IMG/VR virus record: IMGVR_UViG_3300021446_000040
DNA: 64,000 bases
From: an uncultured virus (IMG/VR IMGVR_UViG_3300021446_000040)
Taxonomy: Duplodnaviria; Heunggongvirae; Uroviricota; Caudoviricetes
Reading direction: 5' to 3' (one strand)
Notes under the pieces: generated by a model
What the model was told of the DNA's origin: nothing
The model's database searches: none
Seen by the model: only the letters and a program-made list of their open reading frames with translations
Made by a program: the position numbers and the translations under genes
In this document: piece after piece, positions 29,345 through 38,519 of the stretch
How positions within the stretch are numbered: position 1 is the stretch's first letter
Layout: each line of letters opens with the position of its first letter

Positions 29345-29527
29345 ATGGTCGAACACACCGAAGGCAGAAAAGACGAACAGCCCCCTTGGATCGACGGCAA
29401 TGCAGTCGTTTGTCCGAACTGTGGAAGCGACGGCTACGCGGTTGACTGCTATGGGGGTAGCTACCGCATGGGCTACGAACAGCGCACTTGCTTGACGTGC
29501 GGCGAAGAATACCGCGTTAAGGCCTGA
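29345..29527 (+). CDS. CPxCG Zn-finger micro-protein
   Basis: CPNCG...CLTCG; promoter module GTTTATAT..GGTATTC..CTAAATGCAATG. Confidence 0.7.
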   Translation: MVEHTEGRKDEQPPWIDGNAVVCPNCGSDGYAVDCYGGSYRMGYEQRTCLTCGEEYRVKA

Positions 29528-29680
29528 ATGTCCGCCTGGCGCTATCGACTGCCGTGCGGCCACCATAGCTTTGTTTTCACGAAAACAGGCTATTGGTGTG
29601 AACTGTGCGGTGATAAATTCGATCACCTGATAGACAAGAAAACGAACACGCGGGTAAGCGGCGTCAACGACGCGCGCTAA
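29528..29680 (+). CDS. 50-aa Zn-finger micro-protein
   Basis: MSAWRYRLPCGHH..YWCELCG; starts right after the previous stop codon. Confidence 0.55.
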   Translation: MSAWRYRLPCGHHSFVFTKTGYWCELCGDKFDHLIDKKTNTRVSGVNDAR

Positions 29681-30180
29681 GTGTTATGATGTTTTGCGTG
29701 TTCGCTGTGCGAATCGAACACTTCTAAGTTTTCGCGGTAGTTTAACCAGGGAACAGAGATTTTATGATGTACGTAGCTATCGGCTACAGCGTCGAAGCCG
29801 TATTCAGCGACGGCTATCAGCCTGTGGTGCTTACATTCCCATCGTTCGCGTTCGTAGCTGTGCTTTATTATTTCGTAGCCTGCTGTATCGGTCGTAAGGC
29901 AGGGTAGCCCGCGAACAGTGTCGTGTGCGGCTTGGACCTGGCGCGCCCGCTGTTCATCGGTCATGTTTTGCCATTTTACCTTTGCGGCTTCGGTTTGGCT
30001 TCGCCGATGAACCCCAAGCCGATCCATGGCGTTACTAATCCCAGTTCGTCCTACCGGCAGTTCCTTCGACATTTTATTTACAGACTTTTCCTGCTGTATG
30101 TGCATATACGTAAGTAGCCATTCAGCAGGTACGCCGTATTTCTGTTCAAGCTTGTATTCCGTCCGCGCCTTTTCCGGCAT
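29677..30180 (-). CDS. HTH + HNH endonuclease
   Basis: HHRLIAVAEYGFDAVADSYVHHK..PWLNYRENLE...H motif typical of haloviral HNH nucleases. Confidence 0.85.
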   Translation of the reverse strand: MPEKARTEYKLEQKYGVPAEWLLTYMHIQQEKSVNKMSKELPVGRTGISNAMDRLGVHRRSQTEAAKVKWQNMTDEQRARQVQAAHDTVRGLPCLTTDTAGYEIIKHSYERERWECKHHRLIAVAEYGFDAVADSYVHHKISVPWLNYRENLEVFDSHSEHAKHHNT

Positions 30181-30225
30181 GGCGCTTATCAATACACACC
30201 GACGTAGAATAAAACTATTGTAAGT

Positions 30226-31128
30226 CTACTGATTTATCAAAATTAAGACGCATCGGCACTGTGGATGAGTAGCATTAGGCGGTAGAAGTTCCGAACGGTT
30301 GTTTCTGACTTCTTGAATCGTATACTGCTGGCCTTCAAGCGCCTGGCATTGATCGCACACCCGGCTATCGCCTGCCGTCGTATGCTCCATTTTTTTATCC
30401 GGCTGTGAATTTGCGCCTTCAATGCCGTATCCTACAGCGCGGTCGTCGCTAAACCAGTGATCGTACACGTCTAACGCGGTTTCGTTGTGCGCCCGTAAGG
30501 TTTCCGTGCGGGCGATCATTTCAGCGCGGTGTACGCCCACTTTCCGCACGCGCTTACTAATCTGCCGGCCTACGTCCCTGGGGTTTTCGCCGCGAAGCAT
30601 ACCGAACGTAAGCGTATCCCGCACGTCGTCTGTAATGTCGCCCGTAAGCGATTCTAATTCGTTATAGTTCCGCGAAAACAAGCGCGAAAGCAACTGTGAT
30701 CTTTGGGCGCGCGGCAAAACATCTTCGCCCGCGTCGATCGCTATGCCAGCGCCTTCAAGCTGTGCGGTCGCAAAGGCTTCGCCCTTGGTTTCGGCGCTTC
30801 TAACGTATTTCGCCGTGTAGTGCCGGCCTGCCGTGACTTCAGCGCGGCCCATCTTTTCCAAGACGCCCTGTTCGGCCTGTTCTTGTAACCAGCGGTTGAA
30901 CGCGGCGCGCGTCGCGGCCAGCGATCCGTCGTCTAAGGTTTCGGGGATTCGATAATCTTCAAGCGCGGCGTCGGTCGTTCGGCGTTCGCTAATGGCCAGC
31001 GCGTCGTTTTCGCCGATTGTCTTATTGACAGCCGCCGCCAAGCGCCGGACCCTGCCGGTTAGTTCCGGTCGGTACTGGCGTTCGCGTAGGTTGACCGTGT
31101 GGCTTGGGTCGGCACTGTTCGATAGCAC
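30226..31128 (-). CDS. Head morphogenesis protein (SPP1 gp7/MuF-like)
   Basis: RAEMIARTE, TAGDSRVCDQC and HPQCRC motifs. Confidence 0.9.
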   Translation of the reverse strand: MLSNSADPSHTVNLRERQYRPELTGRVRRLAAAVNKTIGENDALAISERRTTDAALEDYRIPETLDDGSLAATRAAFNRWLQEQAEQGVLEKMGRAEVTAGRHYTAKYVRSAETKGEAFATAQLEGAGIAIDAGEDVLPRAQRSQLLSRLFSRNYNELESLTGDITDDVRDTLTFGMLRGENPRDVGRQISKRVRKVGVHRAEMIARTETLRAHNETALDVYDHWFSDDRAVGYGIEGANSQPDKKMEHTTAGDSRVCDQCQALEGQQYTIQEVRNNRSELLPPNATHPQCRCVLILINQ

Positions 31129-31159
31129 ACGGCCTTTGATTCGCCGGCCCTAATAGTCC

Positions 31160-31606
31160 TTAGTGGTCGTTAGACAGCATTTCGGCCAAGCGGCGCGCTT
31201 CTTCTTTCTGTTCAGGGTGTAGGTCCGGGTTATCAGCCCATCGTTCTAAGACGCGCACAGCCGCGTCAATCGTTCCCTGGTTGTAAGGATATTCCTGTTC
31301 CCAAACTTCTCCGAACTGCACACACAGGACTAACAGCGGCGTCAGATCGACGGACGCACTGAAGCGGTCGCCGATCACCGGCAGGCGCGAAAGAAGCGGC
31401 GCGCTTACCATTATTTCGACGGGTTCGCCTTCGTTAGCAATGTCAAAGTCGCCCGCTTCGATTTCTTCAGTGTGATCGTAGGCGTATTCACAAAACGCGC
31501 GGGCGATCGTAGCTTGGTCGTCTACGTTCGGGTCGTTTTCGATTTCTTTCAGCCATTCGATGTACGCTTTCGCCGGCTTATCTGCGTCGCGGTAGGTTTC
31601 GGTCAT
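31160..31606 (-). CDS. Hypothetical protein
   Basis: Acidic 148-aa ORF. Confidence 0.65.
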   Translation of the reverse strand: MTETYRDADKPAKAYIEWLKEIENDPNVDDQATIARAFCEYAYDHTEEIEAGDFDIANEGEPVEIMVSAPLLSRLPVIGDRFSASVDLTPLLVLCVQFGEVWEQEYPYNQGTIDAAVRVLERWADNPDLHPEQKEEARRLAEMLSNDH

Positions 31607-31757
31607 ATGTAACCGCTTAGGGCTATGCTACCGAACAGGATAAAGATACCGACTATAAACCGCCAGGGACAGCGCCGCAACAGACCTTCGGTGATCAACC
31701 ACCCGCACAGGTAGCCGCCGACTATCGGGATAGCGAACGCCAGGGCCGTTTTGCCAG

Positions 31758-32048
31758 CTAACATTGCCCCGCGCCCATTCCGGGCAGTTGGGTTACGTCT
31801 TTGACGCGAACGTACCGATCACATTCGGGACATTCGCCTTCGCAACCCTTGAAAACAAAGCTGTTCGGGTCGCGGTCCATGCTTGGCATATACGTACAGC
31901 AGAAATCATACGCCCGAAGCGTTGACACGCTTTGACAGAACGGACAGCGGGCCAGCGTTCCCTTAGCGTTATCCGCTATCCCGGTTGTATACGACGCACC
32001 CATCGGATCGGTTTTAGTCAGCGGCGGTTCGTAATTTGGCCCGGCCAT
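31758..32048 (-). CDS. Zn-finger protein
   Basis: CPFC...CPEC; TATA box upstream. Confidence 0.6.
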   Translation of the reverse strand: MAGPNYEPPLTKTDPMGASYTTGIADNAKGTLARCPFCQSVSTLRAYDFCCTYMPSMDRDPNSFVFKGCEGECPECDRYVRVKDVTQLPGMGAGQC

Positions 32049-32294
32049 GGCTGTAATCTGCCGGTTACAGCCATAAAAAAGTTGTATAAAAGTCACACAA
32101 AGTCGCGCCGCCAGGCGCGACTTAGACCCGTTCGTTGCAACCTACGATAAGGTTTCCACAGTCCGCACAGGTGATTCTACAGCCGTCCTTTGTCGGCGCG
32201 CCGCCGTCGGCACAGTGATAACAGTCTACCATCGGGATGCTTGGGTAATTCGCGGTCGCACTAAAATCTGTTCGTCGCGGCACAAGCACGTTAG

Positions 32295-32950
32295 TTTTAT
32301 ACGATCCAGGCGTGTACGATTAGTCGGCGCGAAAGCGTCTTGGGACCTAACGGCGTGGCATATCCGTTCGGTATCTGATTCATGCGCTGTCAAAAGCGGG
32401 CTTTCGTCCGCTTTCGTACAACGACGCCAGGTTTATATACACCCGGCGCATTAGAATGAAATGCGCGTGGAAATCCCGCGCGCGGACACGTCAAACATGG
32501 TTTGTCAGCAACCCCACAGGGTTGCTTCGGTGTCAATGCCGCTTATCTGTTACCAAAAACACCGGAAAGGGCCGGCTTCAGCCGCCCTTTATTACGGTGT
32601 TTGAAAAACTTTAAGTTACAAACAGCCGTTAGTAGGAAATGCGCCGAAACGCACGGCGTAGCACTACAGTAAACAGCGGGTACTTTCCTTCCACGCTGTT
32701 TTCGAAACGTTTAAATTACAACAAGCCATTAGTGTAAATTGCCCGCAAAGGGCACAACGCGGCGCAAGCACGATGCGTCTGCTCGGTATCAGTGGGCTTG
32801 GATCACCCACGGAAGCGGGACGCTTCCATTCCGATCATGCCGGGGGCGCTTGCAATCCGATCATATTCGACCGGCGAATCCGCGCGACCATACACGCGCG
32901 CCCGCCAGTAGTGCGGGATAATATACGGTTCGCCGGTTAACACCTCCTTA
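32295..32950 (+). ncRNA. Putative cluster of four small structured RNAs
   Basis: TATA boxes at 32295, 32432, 32610 and 32710, each followed ~25-30 nt later by a hairpin and ending in a stem; no credible ORF. Confidence 0.45.
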
Positions 32951-32956
32951 CAACCT

Positions 32957-34627
32957 TCAAGCGTCAGCTTCAGCGCCGCCTTCGCCGTTTTCAGTACCAC
33001 CTTCGCCAGCGGCCGCGCCGCTGGCCGCGATTTCCGCCAGGGTTTCGCCGTCCGCCGCTTCGATTTCCTGAAGCGCGTTTTCAAGTTCGGCGTAGTCCAT
33101 GTTCAAATCCTGTTCTACGACCTGTTCAAGCGGAAGGTAAGCGTCTACACCGCTCTGGATATAGAGCTTCCAACCCTGCATATACTTGTACCAGGCTTCA
33201 GCGTCAAAGTCTTCGTCTTTTAGCGGGCTTTTCGATTGATCGGATTCGATCGCAAATTCTACACTGTCTATAACATCTTCGCGGTCGCTGTCCGCGACGC
33301 TAACAATCCCGCGATCGATCAAGAAGCGCGCTTTCTTCCGAAAGATACCAGTGTAGCCGTCGGAAATCCGCCGGCGAATCCGGTTAACGTCCCGGTCGAA
33401 CTGTTCTACACGCGGTTCCGTAACGTCACGGTTAATACTGTCGCCAAAGCCGACATACGCTTTCGGAACGTTAAGCCCGCCATAGATCGTATCGATGCTC
33501 ATGCGGATCGACGGTTCTATGTCCGGCAGTTCCGGCGTGTGCCATTCGGTTTCGACGCCGGGCGGAACGCCGAAGATACCACCTGGCGAATTATGCGCGC
33601 CGCCGCCCGATCCATCCAGGTCCGAATAGTCGGTTTCGTCGCCGCTTCGCCGCCGGTTTTCTTTCCACCCGCGCGACCCTGAAGCGCCCGACCCGCGCCC
33701 GCGAAGCGCGTTAATGAACTGTTGCATCTGTTGGGTCGTCCATTCTATAATATCGCCCGACGGCAGTTCGACCTGGTTGAAGCTAACGTTCGCGCGCGGA
33801 TGGGCGATATTTTTCAGCGCCGCGTTGTAGTCGTCGCGCCTGTTCTGTACCGCTATCGCTTCTTCCGCGACGGGTTCAACGATCGACATACCGCGAACCT
33901 GGCCGGCTTTGCCCGTGCTTCCGGCGCTGTGGTTCGGCGTGTCCGGCATGGGGTTCCGAACGATCTTAGTCACGTCGCGCTGTGAAAGCGGCACTACGTC
34001 GGCTTCAGCTTTGGACGAAGCGCGGCCCATGTTCTGAATGTAACAGGCCCATTCGCCGCGCGCGTTCTGCGGCGTTCCTTCAGGGACGTTCGCCGGGTCG
34101 TCGTCCGGGCGAATCAGCCGGTCGCTTTCGGGATAACAAAGAATGTCAACAGATAGCGGGTCGATCGACTGAAAACCCGAAAAGTGGCTTGGATCGGTCG
34201 GGTCGTCGTACATATGTTCAAGCAATACGGTTCCGTCCAAGTCATGCGCACGCGCGTCGTACCACAACTGCGGGCCTAACGGCTTGTCGTATTCGCCGCC
34301 GTAAATAACGCATTGATCGGCCCACTTTCGTAGCAGGTCGGTTAGGTCGTCGTTATCCGACCGAACGGTAAAACCAGGCCGGGCGACTTCCCCGCAACGC
34401 AAATCCAGGCCGGGGTTGATGTACGGGTTTTCCCGGTACAGCCGCCGGTATAGCTGTATCTGGTTACGATCCGGGGAACTGCGTTCGTAACCGCCGGCGC
34501 TGAAGCCGCCGAACCCTGAAGTCGTGGTTTGCGGGTCGGGAATGTCGCCCAAGAAATCCGGGCGGTCGCCGTCGCTTAGTGCAAGCGCGGCTTTTGTAAT
34601 GTCGCGCGCGTCGCTATATAAGCTCAT
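32957..34627 (-). CDS. Portal protein
   Basis: LYRENPYI, DGTVLLE, IDPLSV, RGMSIVEP and GLNVPKAYVG motifs; lies between TerL and MuF. Confidence 0.88.
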   Translation of the reverse strand: MSLYSDARDITKAALALSDGDRPDFLGDIPDPQTTTSGFGGFSAGGYERSSPDRNQIQLYRRLYRENPYINPGLDLRCGEVARPGFTVRSDNDDLTDLLRKWADQCVIYGGEYDKPLGPQLWYDARAHDLDGTVLLEHMYDDPTDPSHFSGFQSIDPLSVDILCYPESDRLIRPDDDPANVPEGTPQNARGEWACYIQNMGRASSKAEADVVPLSQRDVTKIVRNPMPDTPNHSAGSTGKAGQVRGMSIVEPVAEEAIAVQNRRDDYNAALKNIAHPRANVSFNQVELPSGDIIEWTTQQMQQFINALRGRGSGASGSRGWKENRRRSGDETDYSDLDGSGGGAHNSPGGIFGVPPGVETEWHTPELPDIEPSIRMSIDTIYGGLNVPKAYVGFGDSINRDVTEPRVEQFDRDVNRIRRRISDGYTGIFRKKARFLIDRGIVSVADSDREDVIDSVEFAIESDQSKSPLKDEDFDAEAWYKYMQGWKLYIQSGVDAYLPLEQVVEQDLNMDYAELENALQEIEAADGETLAEIAASGAAAGEGGTENGEGGAEADA

Positions 34628-34690
34628 ATGGTTATATTCTTTTTTATTACGTCGCGGTGTAAAAACAATCGCACGGCGTGTTACAAGCGC

Positions 34691-34932
34691 GTATCACTTT
34701 CCCGACAGTCGCGCGACGAAGCGCGCGACAAAACAAGTATCAGAACCGCGACGGTTATATCCCCTGCTATCAGCGCCGGCTGAAAGTCGCCCCTATTGTA
34801 GAAGGGACTGAAATGTTTTTTAGGACAGAAATCGCTTCTACCGCCCGATTAGAAATCGGGGGGCTGAAGCTGGCCGCAAATCAGCGCGGATTGTACGAAC
34901 CGTACAACCCCCGTGTCTAAGTTTTCTGACAC
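34691..34932 (+). repeat. Dispersed intergenic repeat, copy C
   Basis: 40-bp core at 34790-34829, CCGATT-AGA-AATCGG+GGGG, same two flanking motifs as copy B. Confidence 0.92.
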
Positions 34933-34982
34933 TGAAAACAGCCGCGAAAAACAGTCGTACAAGCCGGCGTTTGTCGCGGCGC

Positions 34983-35402
34983 TTACATTAGCCGTTTCGC
35001 CGATCGGAACCACTTACGGAACGCGAACGTTTCATCTTCGTAGTGTTTGCGCCCGCTACACAGCCGGGAAATCACGGCCAGGGACACACCGCCGCGCGGC
35101 CCTAACACCAAGTGGGCCGTATCGCTACCTAATTCGCCTTTGTTAGTCCATTTCGTTTTCGACTTAACGAACAGGCTGATTCGACCGCCGTCGATTTCTT
35201 CCATATCGATAGTGAACCGAAGCCGCGTCGGTTTTTCGGGCGTGTTCCGGTGATCTTCAGCCCGGCGCACTGCGGCGACTGCCGATCGAACGCGCCGGCG
35301 CTGTGTAGGCGTCGCGTCAGCGGTTTCTAAGCCGACGCGCACGTTATCAGGTAGCTGTTCTTCGGGCATTTCTTCGGCCAGGGGCGCGCTTCGTTGTGCC
35401 AT
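34983..35402 (-). CDS. Hypothetical protein
   Basis: Leaderless start after CTTAT..CCGCTGTTC..CTAAATGCAATG; LGPRGGV motif. Confidence 0.7.
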   Translation of the reverse strand: MAQRSAPLAEEMPEEQLPDNVRVGLETADATPTQRRRVRSAVAAVRRAEDHRNTPEKPTRLRFTIDMEEIDGGRISLFVKSKTKWTNKGELGSDTAHLVLGPRGGVSLAVISRLCSGRKHYEDETFAFRKWFRSAKRLM

Positions 35403-35497
35403 TGCATTTAGCACGAACAGCGGCATACAGATAAGTCTTTCACATTAGGCCATAGCCTAACACAAACCATTATCAAGCGGGGCGTGCTACGCCAGGT

Positions 35498-36154
35498 ATG
35501 GGACAGCTAACTGATAGCCCCCCTGAAGAACAGGCAAAGGTATTCCTGTCCGCATGGCTACAGCGCGAAGGCGCGGCTGTGTTTTGGGAAGAAAACACCG
35601 AATGGCCATTTCCGACCTTCAGCGTGTCCGGTACAGGCGGACGAAAGCCCGACTTGGTTGCTTCGACGCACGCCGGAAAAACAATCGCGTTAGAAGTGAA
35701 AAGCGGCTACAATACAAGCGGGCCGATTACCGGGTTGATCCAGGCGTTCGGCTACTGGCGCGACTATGCGACCCGGAAAGCGAACTACAACCTGCCGAAC
35801 CGCATGGGCGATAATCACAAGATCGACGTGTTCGCGGTAGCGACGCAGTACGCGAAACAAGGCGCGGCCTTTTGCCCGGATGGGAACCGCGATTCTATCC
35901 GCGACGATTATGCGTCAAATGACAAAAAATGGCGCGATACGCCGGATCAAGAATACAACTGTAGCCTTGTGCTTCGCATGACAGCCGCGCGGCTTATCCG
36001 CGACCTATACGGCTACGAAAACCTGCCGGACGACGCGCCAGGCTTCGGCCTGTTGCTGTCCGACGCCTTGGACGACCGAAACGGCGATACAGTGCGGCCA
36101 TGGGTATACTACTACGACGAAAGCTTTGACAATTGGGAACCTGTGGTAGAATGA
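35498..36154 (+). CDS. PD-(D/E)XK restriction-endonuclease-like protein
   Basis: PEEQAK..RKPDLV..IALEVKSG..LIQAFGY. Confidence 0.75.
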   Translation: MGQLTDSPPEEQAKVFLSAWLQREGAAVFWEENTEWPFPTFSVSGTGGRKPDLVASTHAGKTIALEVKSGYNTSGPITGLIQAFGYWRDYATRKANYNLPNRMGDNHKIDVFAVATQYAKQGAAFCPDGNRDSIRDDYASNDKKWRDTPDQEYNCSLVLRMTAARLIRDLYGYENLPDDAPGFGLLLSDALDDRNGDTVRPWVYYYDESFDNWEPVVE

Positions 36155-36408
36155 ACCGCAAGAAAGTGCCGGATCGCCTGGTAAGCGACGACTTCCGGTT
36201 TGACGGACAAACAATCAGCGAAATGGGCTATAACATCTACCAGTTCGGCGATTATGTGCGAATCGTACCGAACGATTCAAACAGCAATTGGGACAGCCGG
36301 AACGAAATGGGAACTGTGTGCCGGATCATGGCACAGTTCGATTATATCATGGTACACGCTAACAGCAATCGTATGGTCTTTTCGCCGGAAACTGTCGCGC
36401 TGTTCTAA
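36151..36408 (+). CDS. Hypothetical protein
   Basis: ATGA overlap with the nuclease gene (MNRKKVPD...). Confidence 0.55.
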   Translation: MNRKKVPDRLVSDDFRFDGQTISEMGYNIYQFGDYVRIVPNDSNSNWDSRNEMGTVCRIMAQFDYIMVHANSNRMVFSPETVALF

Positions 36409-37892
36409 CCGACTACTGGCGCGACGCTATCCGGCCTGTGCGGTCGGGAAGTCGGCGCGTTGCCCCCGGCCGCATAGCACGCGATTGCAAGCGCGTCCGG
36501 TATATCGTCGCCGCGCTTTTCGTCCCTGTGGTGTACTTTCACATAGCCGCTTGGCGTGTGACTAAATTCCAAGTCGGTTAGCTGTTCGATTAGCTTTGTG
36601 TGATCCGGCAGGGTTAGACTGCCTTCGTCAATCCGGCGCTTCAGCAGGTTGTAGTATTCGCTTTTCGTTTTCAGGGTTGACTTTATTTCGCCGATGTTTG
36701 TCACGCCGTAATCAGCGGCAAAGTCAACAGCGCCGCCGCCGATTACGTTGCTTTCGATATAGATTTCTTCGGGGCCAAAGTCGCGGTTCATGGCGTTCGC
36801 CATGCCGACTATTTCTTTCGTATCGTTTTCAGGCATGACCTGGTAGACGTTCACCGTACCCTTTTCGTCTACAAGCACGCCTGCGGTTTCGTCTTTGCCG
36901 CCGCGCGCTGGATCAATGCCGCCGAAACACGCTATGCCTTCGGGCGCGAACTGCGGTAGGTCGTTGCGGACACATTCTTTTGCGTCGCGGTGTTTAATGA
37001 ATACGTCGCCTTCGTCCGTAAAGATCGCCAGGTATTCTTTTTCGAACGAAAGCGTATCCAAGCTTTCGCGCTTGTCTTGGACGAACGAATCGGCGACCAT
37101 GGGGTTGATCGTAGTCGGCCAGTGAAACCGGAACCAGTCGCTATCATCTTCGCGCGCGTCGTTGCACTTTCTGTAGAAGTAGCCGCTCTTACCGTTCGTA
37201 GTCGAATACAAATAAAATTCAGTCGTGTCCGGCCTATCTTCAAAGCCGTCAATGTGGGAAACGTCGCCGGTAAATTCCCCAAACATCGGTTCTATGACTT
37301 CCGTAAGGATAGATTCTTTCTTATTGAACGCGGCTTCATCGAAAATTATAATCTGCGGCCCTAAGCCCCGTATCTGACTGCCGTCGTCGCCGGTCGTCTG
37401 ACTGATAATCCGCGCGCCACTGTCAAATTCGTACATCGTTTTATTGTCGGTTTCGATGCCGAAAAATTCCTTTACGGACATACCGAAGCGATCCGGCCAG
37501 GGGGATTCGTAGTACCAGGCGGTCGCCGCTTGCATCATTTCGTCCGCCGTGCTTTGATACGGCGCGGTGATCAACGTATCTTCGCCGTGCGCCGGCTTCA
37601 GCGGCGCGTCAGCGGCTATCAGTGATCCACAGAACGTTTTGCCGCCGCGCCTGCCGATAGGCGACGCGCTTTTCGTGTGTTTATTCCATGCGTTAACGTC
37701 TAACATCTTGCGCTGGTAGTCGAACAGCGTCGGACCGAACAGCATTTCCACGCGCTTCGACCGGGGAAGTTTGCTAACGTTCTTCAGGAAATCAGCCGGC
37801 GACTGTTCTGCCGGTTCAAGCTGAATGTCTTTAACTTTCGTTACGTAGTCTAAAAGTTCGTCCGAATCCGGCAGGTCGTCTTTAGTAGGCAT
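36405..37892 (-). CDS. terL: Terminase large subunit
   Basis: Walker A GRRGGKT, Walker B IIIFDE, EKEYLAIF, nuclease motifs GGIDPA and GDDIPDALAIA. Confidence 0.93.
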   Translation of the reverse strand: MPTKDDLPDSDELLDYVTKVKDIQLEPAEQSPADFLKNVSKLPRSKRVEMLFGPTLFDYQRKMLDVNAWNKHTKSASPIGRRGGKTFCGSLIAADAPLKPAHGEDTLITAPYQSTADEMMQAATAWYYESPWPDRFGMSVKEFFGIETDNKTMYEFDSGARIISQTTGDDGSQIRGLGPQIIIFDEAAFNKKESILTEVIEPMFGEFTGDVSHIDGFEDRPDTTEFYLYSTTNGKSGYFYRKCNDAREDDSDWFRFHWPTTINPMVADSFVQDKRESLDTLSFEKEYLAIFTDEGDVFIKHRDAKECVRNDLPQFAPEGIACFGGIDPARGGKDETAGVLVDEKGTVNVYQVMPENDTKEIVGMANAMNRDFGPEEIYIESNVIGGGAVDFAADYGVTNIGEIKSTLKTKSEYYNLLKRRIDEGSLTLPDHTKLIEQLTDLEFSHTPSGYVKVHHRDEKRGDDIPDALAIACYAAGGNAPTSRPHRPDSVAPVVG

Positions 37893-37959
37893 ATGTAAGC
37901 TTAGTCAAAAAGATCGCAAAAACCTTTACTAAGACCGCCCGAAAGCGCGCTAACTAAAC

Positions 37960-38496
37960 CTACAGTTCGGAAAAGTCCGCGTCTATTACATCGTCGTCCG
38001 CGTCCCAAGTGTCGCTAACGCTTTGGCCCTGAAGCGCGTTCGCGGTCTTGGTTTGCGGGTCGTTCAACAGACCCAACTTTTTCATGCGATTTATCACGCT
38101 TTCGTTTTGCGCGCGGACGGTTTCAAGAAGCACGTTCGGGATTTCTTCGATAAACAGTTCCCCTTCTTGTAGGTTTTCGCGTTCCTGCGTTATTCCTTCG
38201 CGCTTGATGTACCTGTAGGCGTTCGGGATTTGCTCTAAATCAATGGCGATAGCCCGTAAGACCTGTTTTGCAAACATATCCGGGTCGCGGCCATTGATCC
38301 GACGGTAGCGATCGGCCAGGTCTTTTTCCATCCGATCGATAAAGTCCGTGTCCGTCTTGGGAAAGTTGTGGTAGTAGTTTTCCCTGTCGGCGTATAGCCC
38401 GTGCTTGGTCGCGTTCTGGTTTCCGACCGGCGCGCCGCGCTTTTCGGCTTCAGCGCGGTCGCTGTTCGCTTCGTCTTTCGTTCGATCGTTTCCCAT
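37960..38496 (-). CDS. terS: Terminase small subunit
   Basis: GAPVGNQNATKHGLYA motif; directly upstream of TerL. Confidence 0.85.
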   Translation of the reverse strand: MGNDRTKDEANSDRAEAEKRGAPVGNQNATKHGLYADRENYYHNFPKTDTDFIDRMEKDLADRYRRINGRDPDMFAKQVLRAIAIDLEQIPNAYRYIKREGITQERENLQEGELFIEEIPNVLLETVRAQNESVINRMKKLGLLNDPQTKTANALQGQSVSDTWDADDDVIDADFSEL

Positions 38497-38519
38497 ACGG
38501 TTTTTAGTACCTTCGCCGG

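Noticed and set aside
32803..33084. ORF overlapping the portal 3' end
   Set aside because: It overlaps the portal gene by ~130 bp in another frame, has basic composition, and its tail lies in hairpin-rich sequence.
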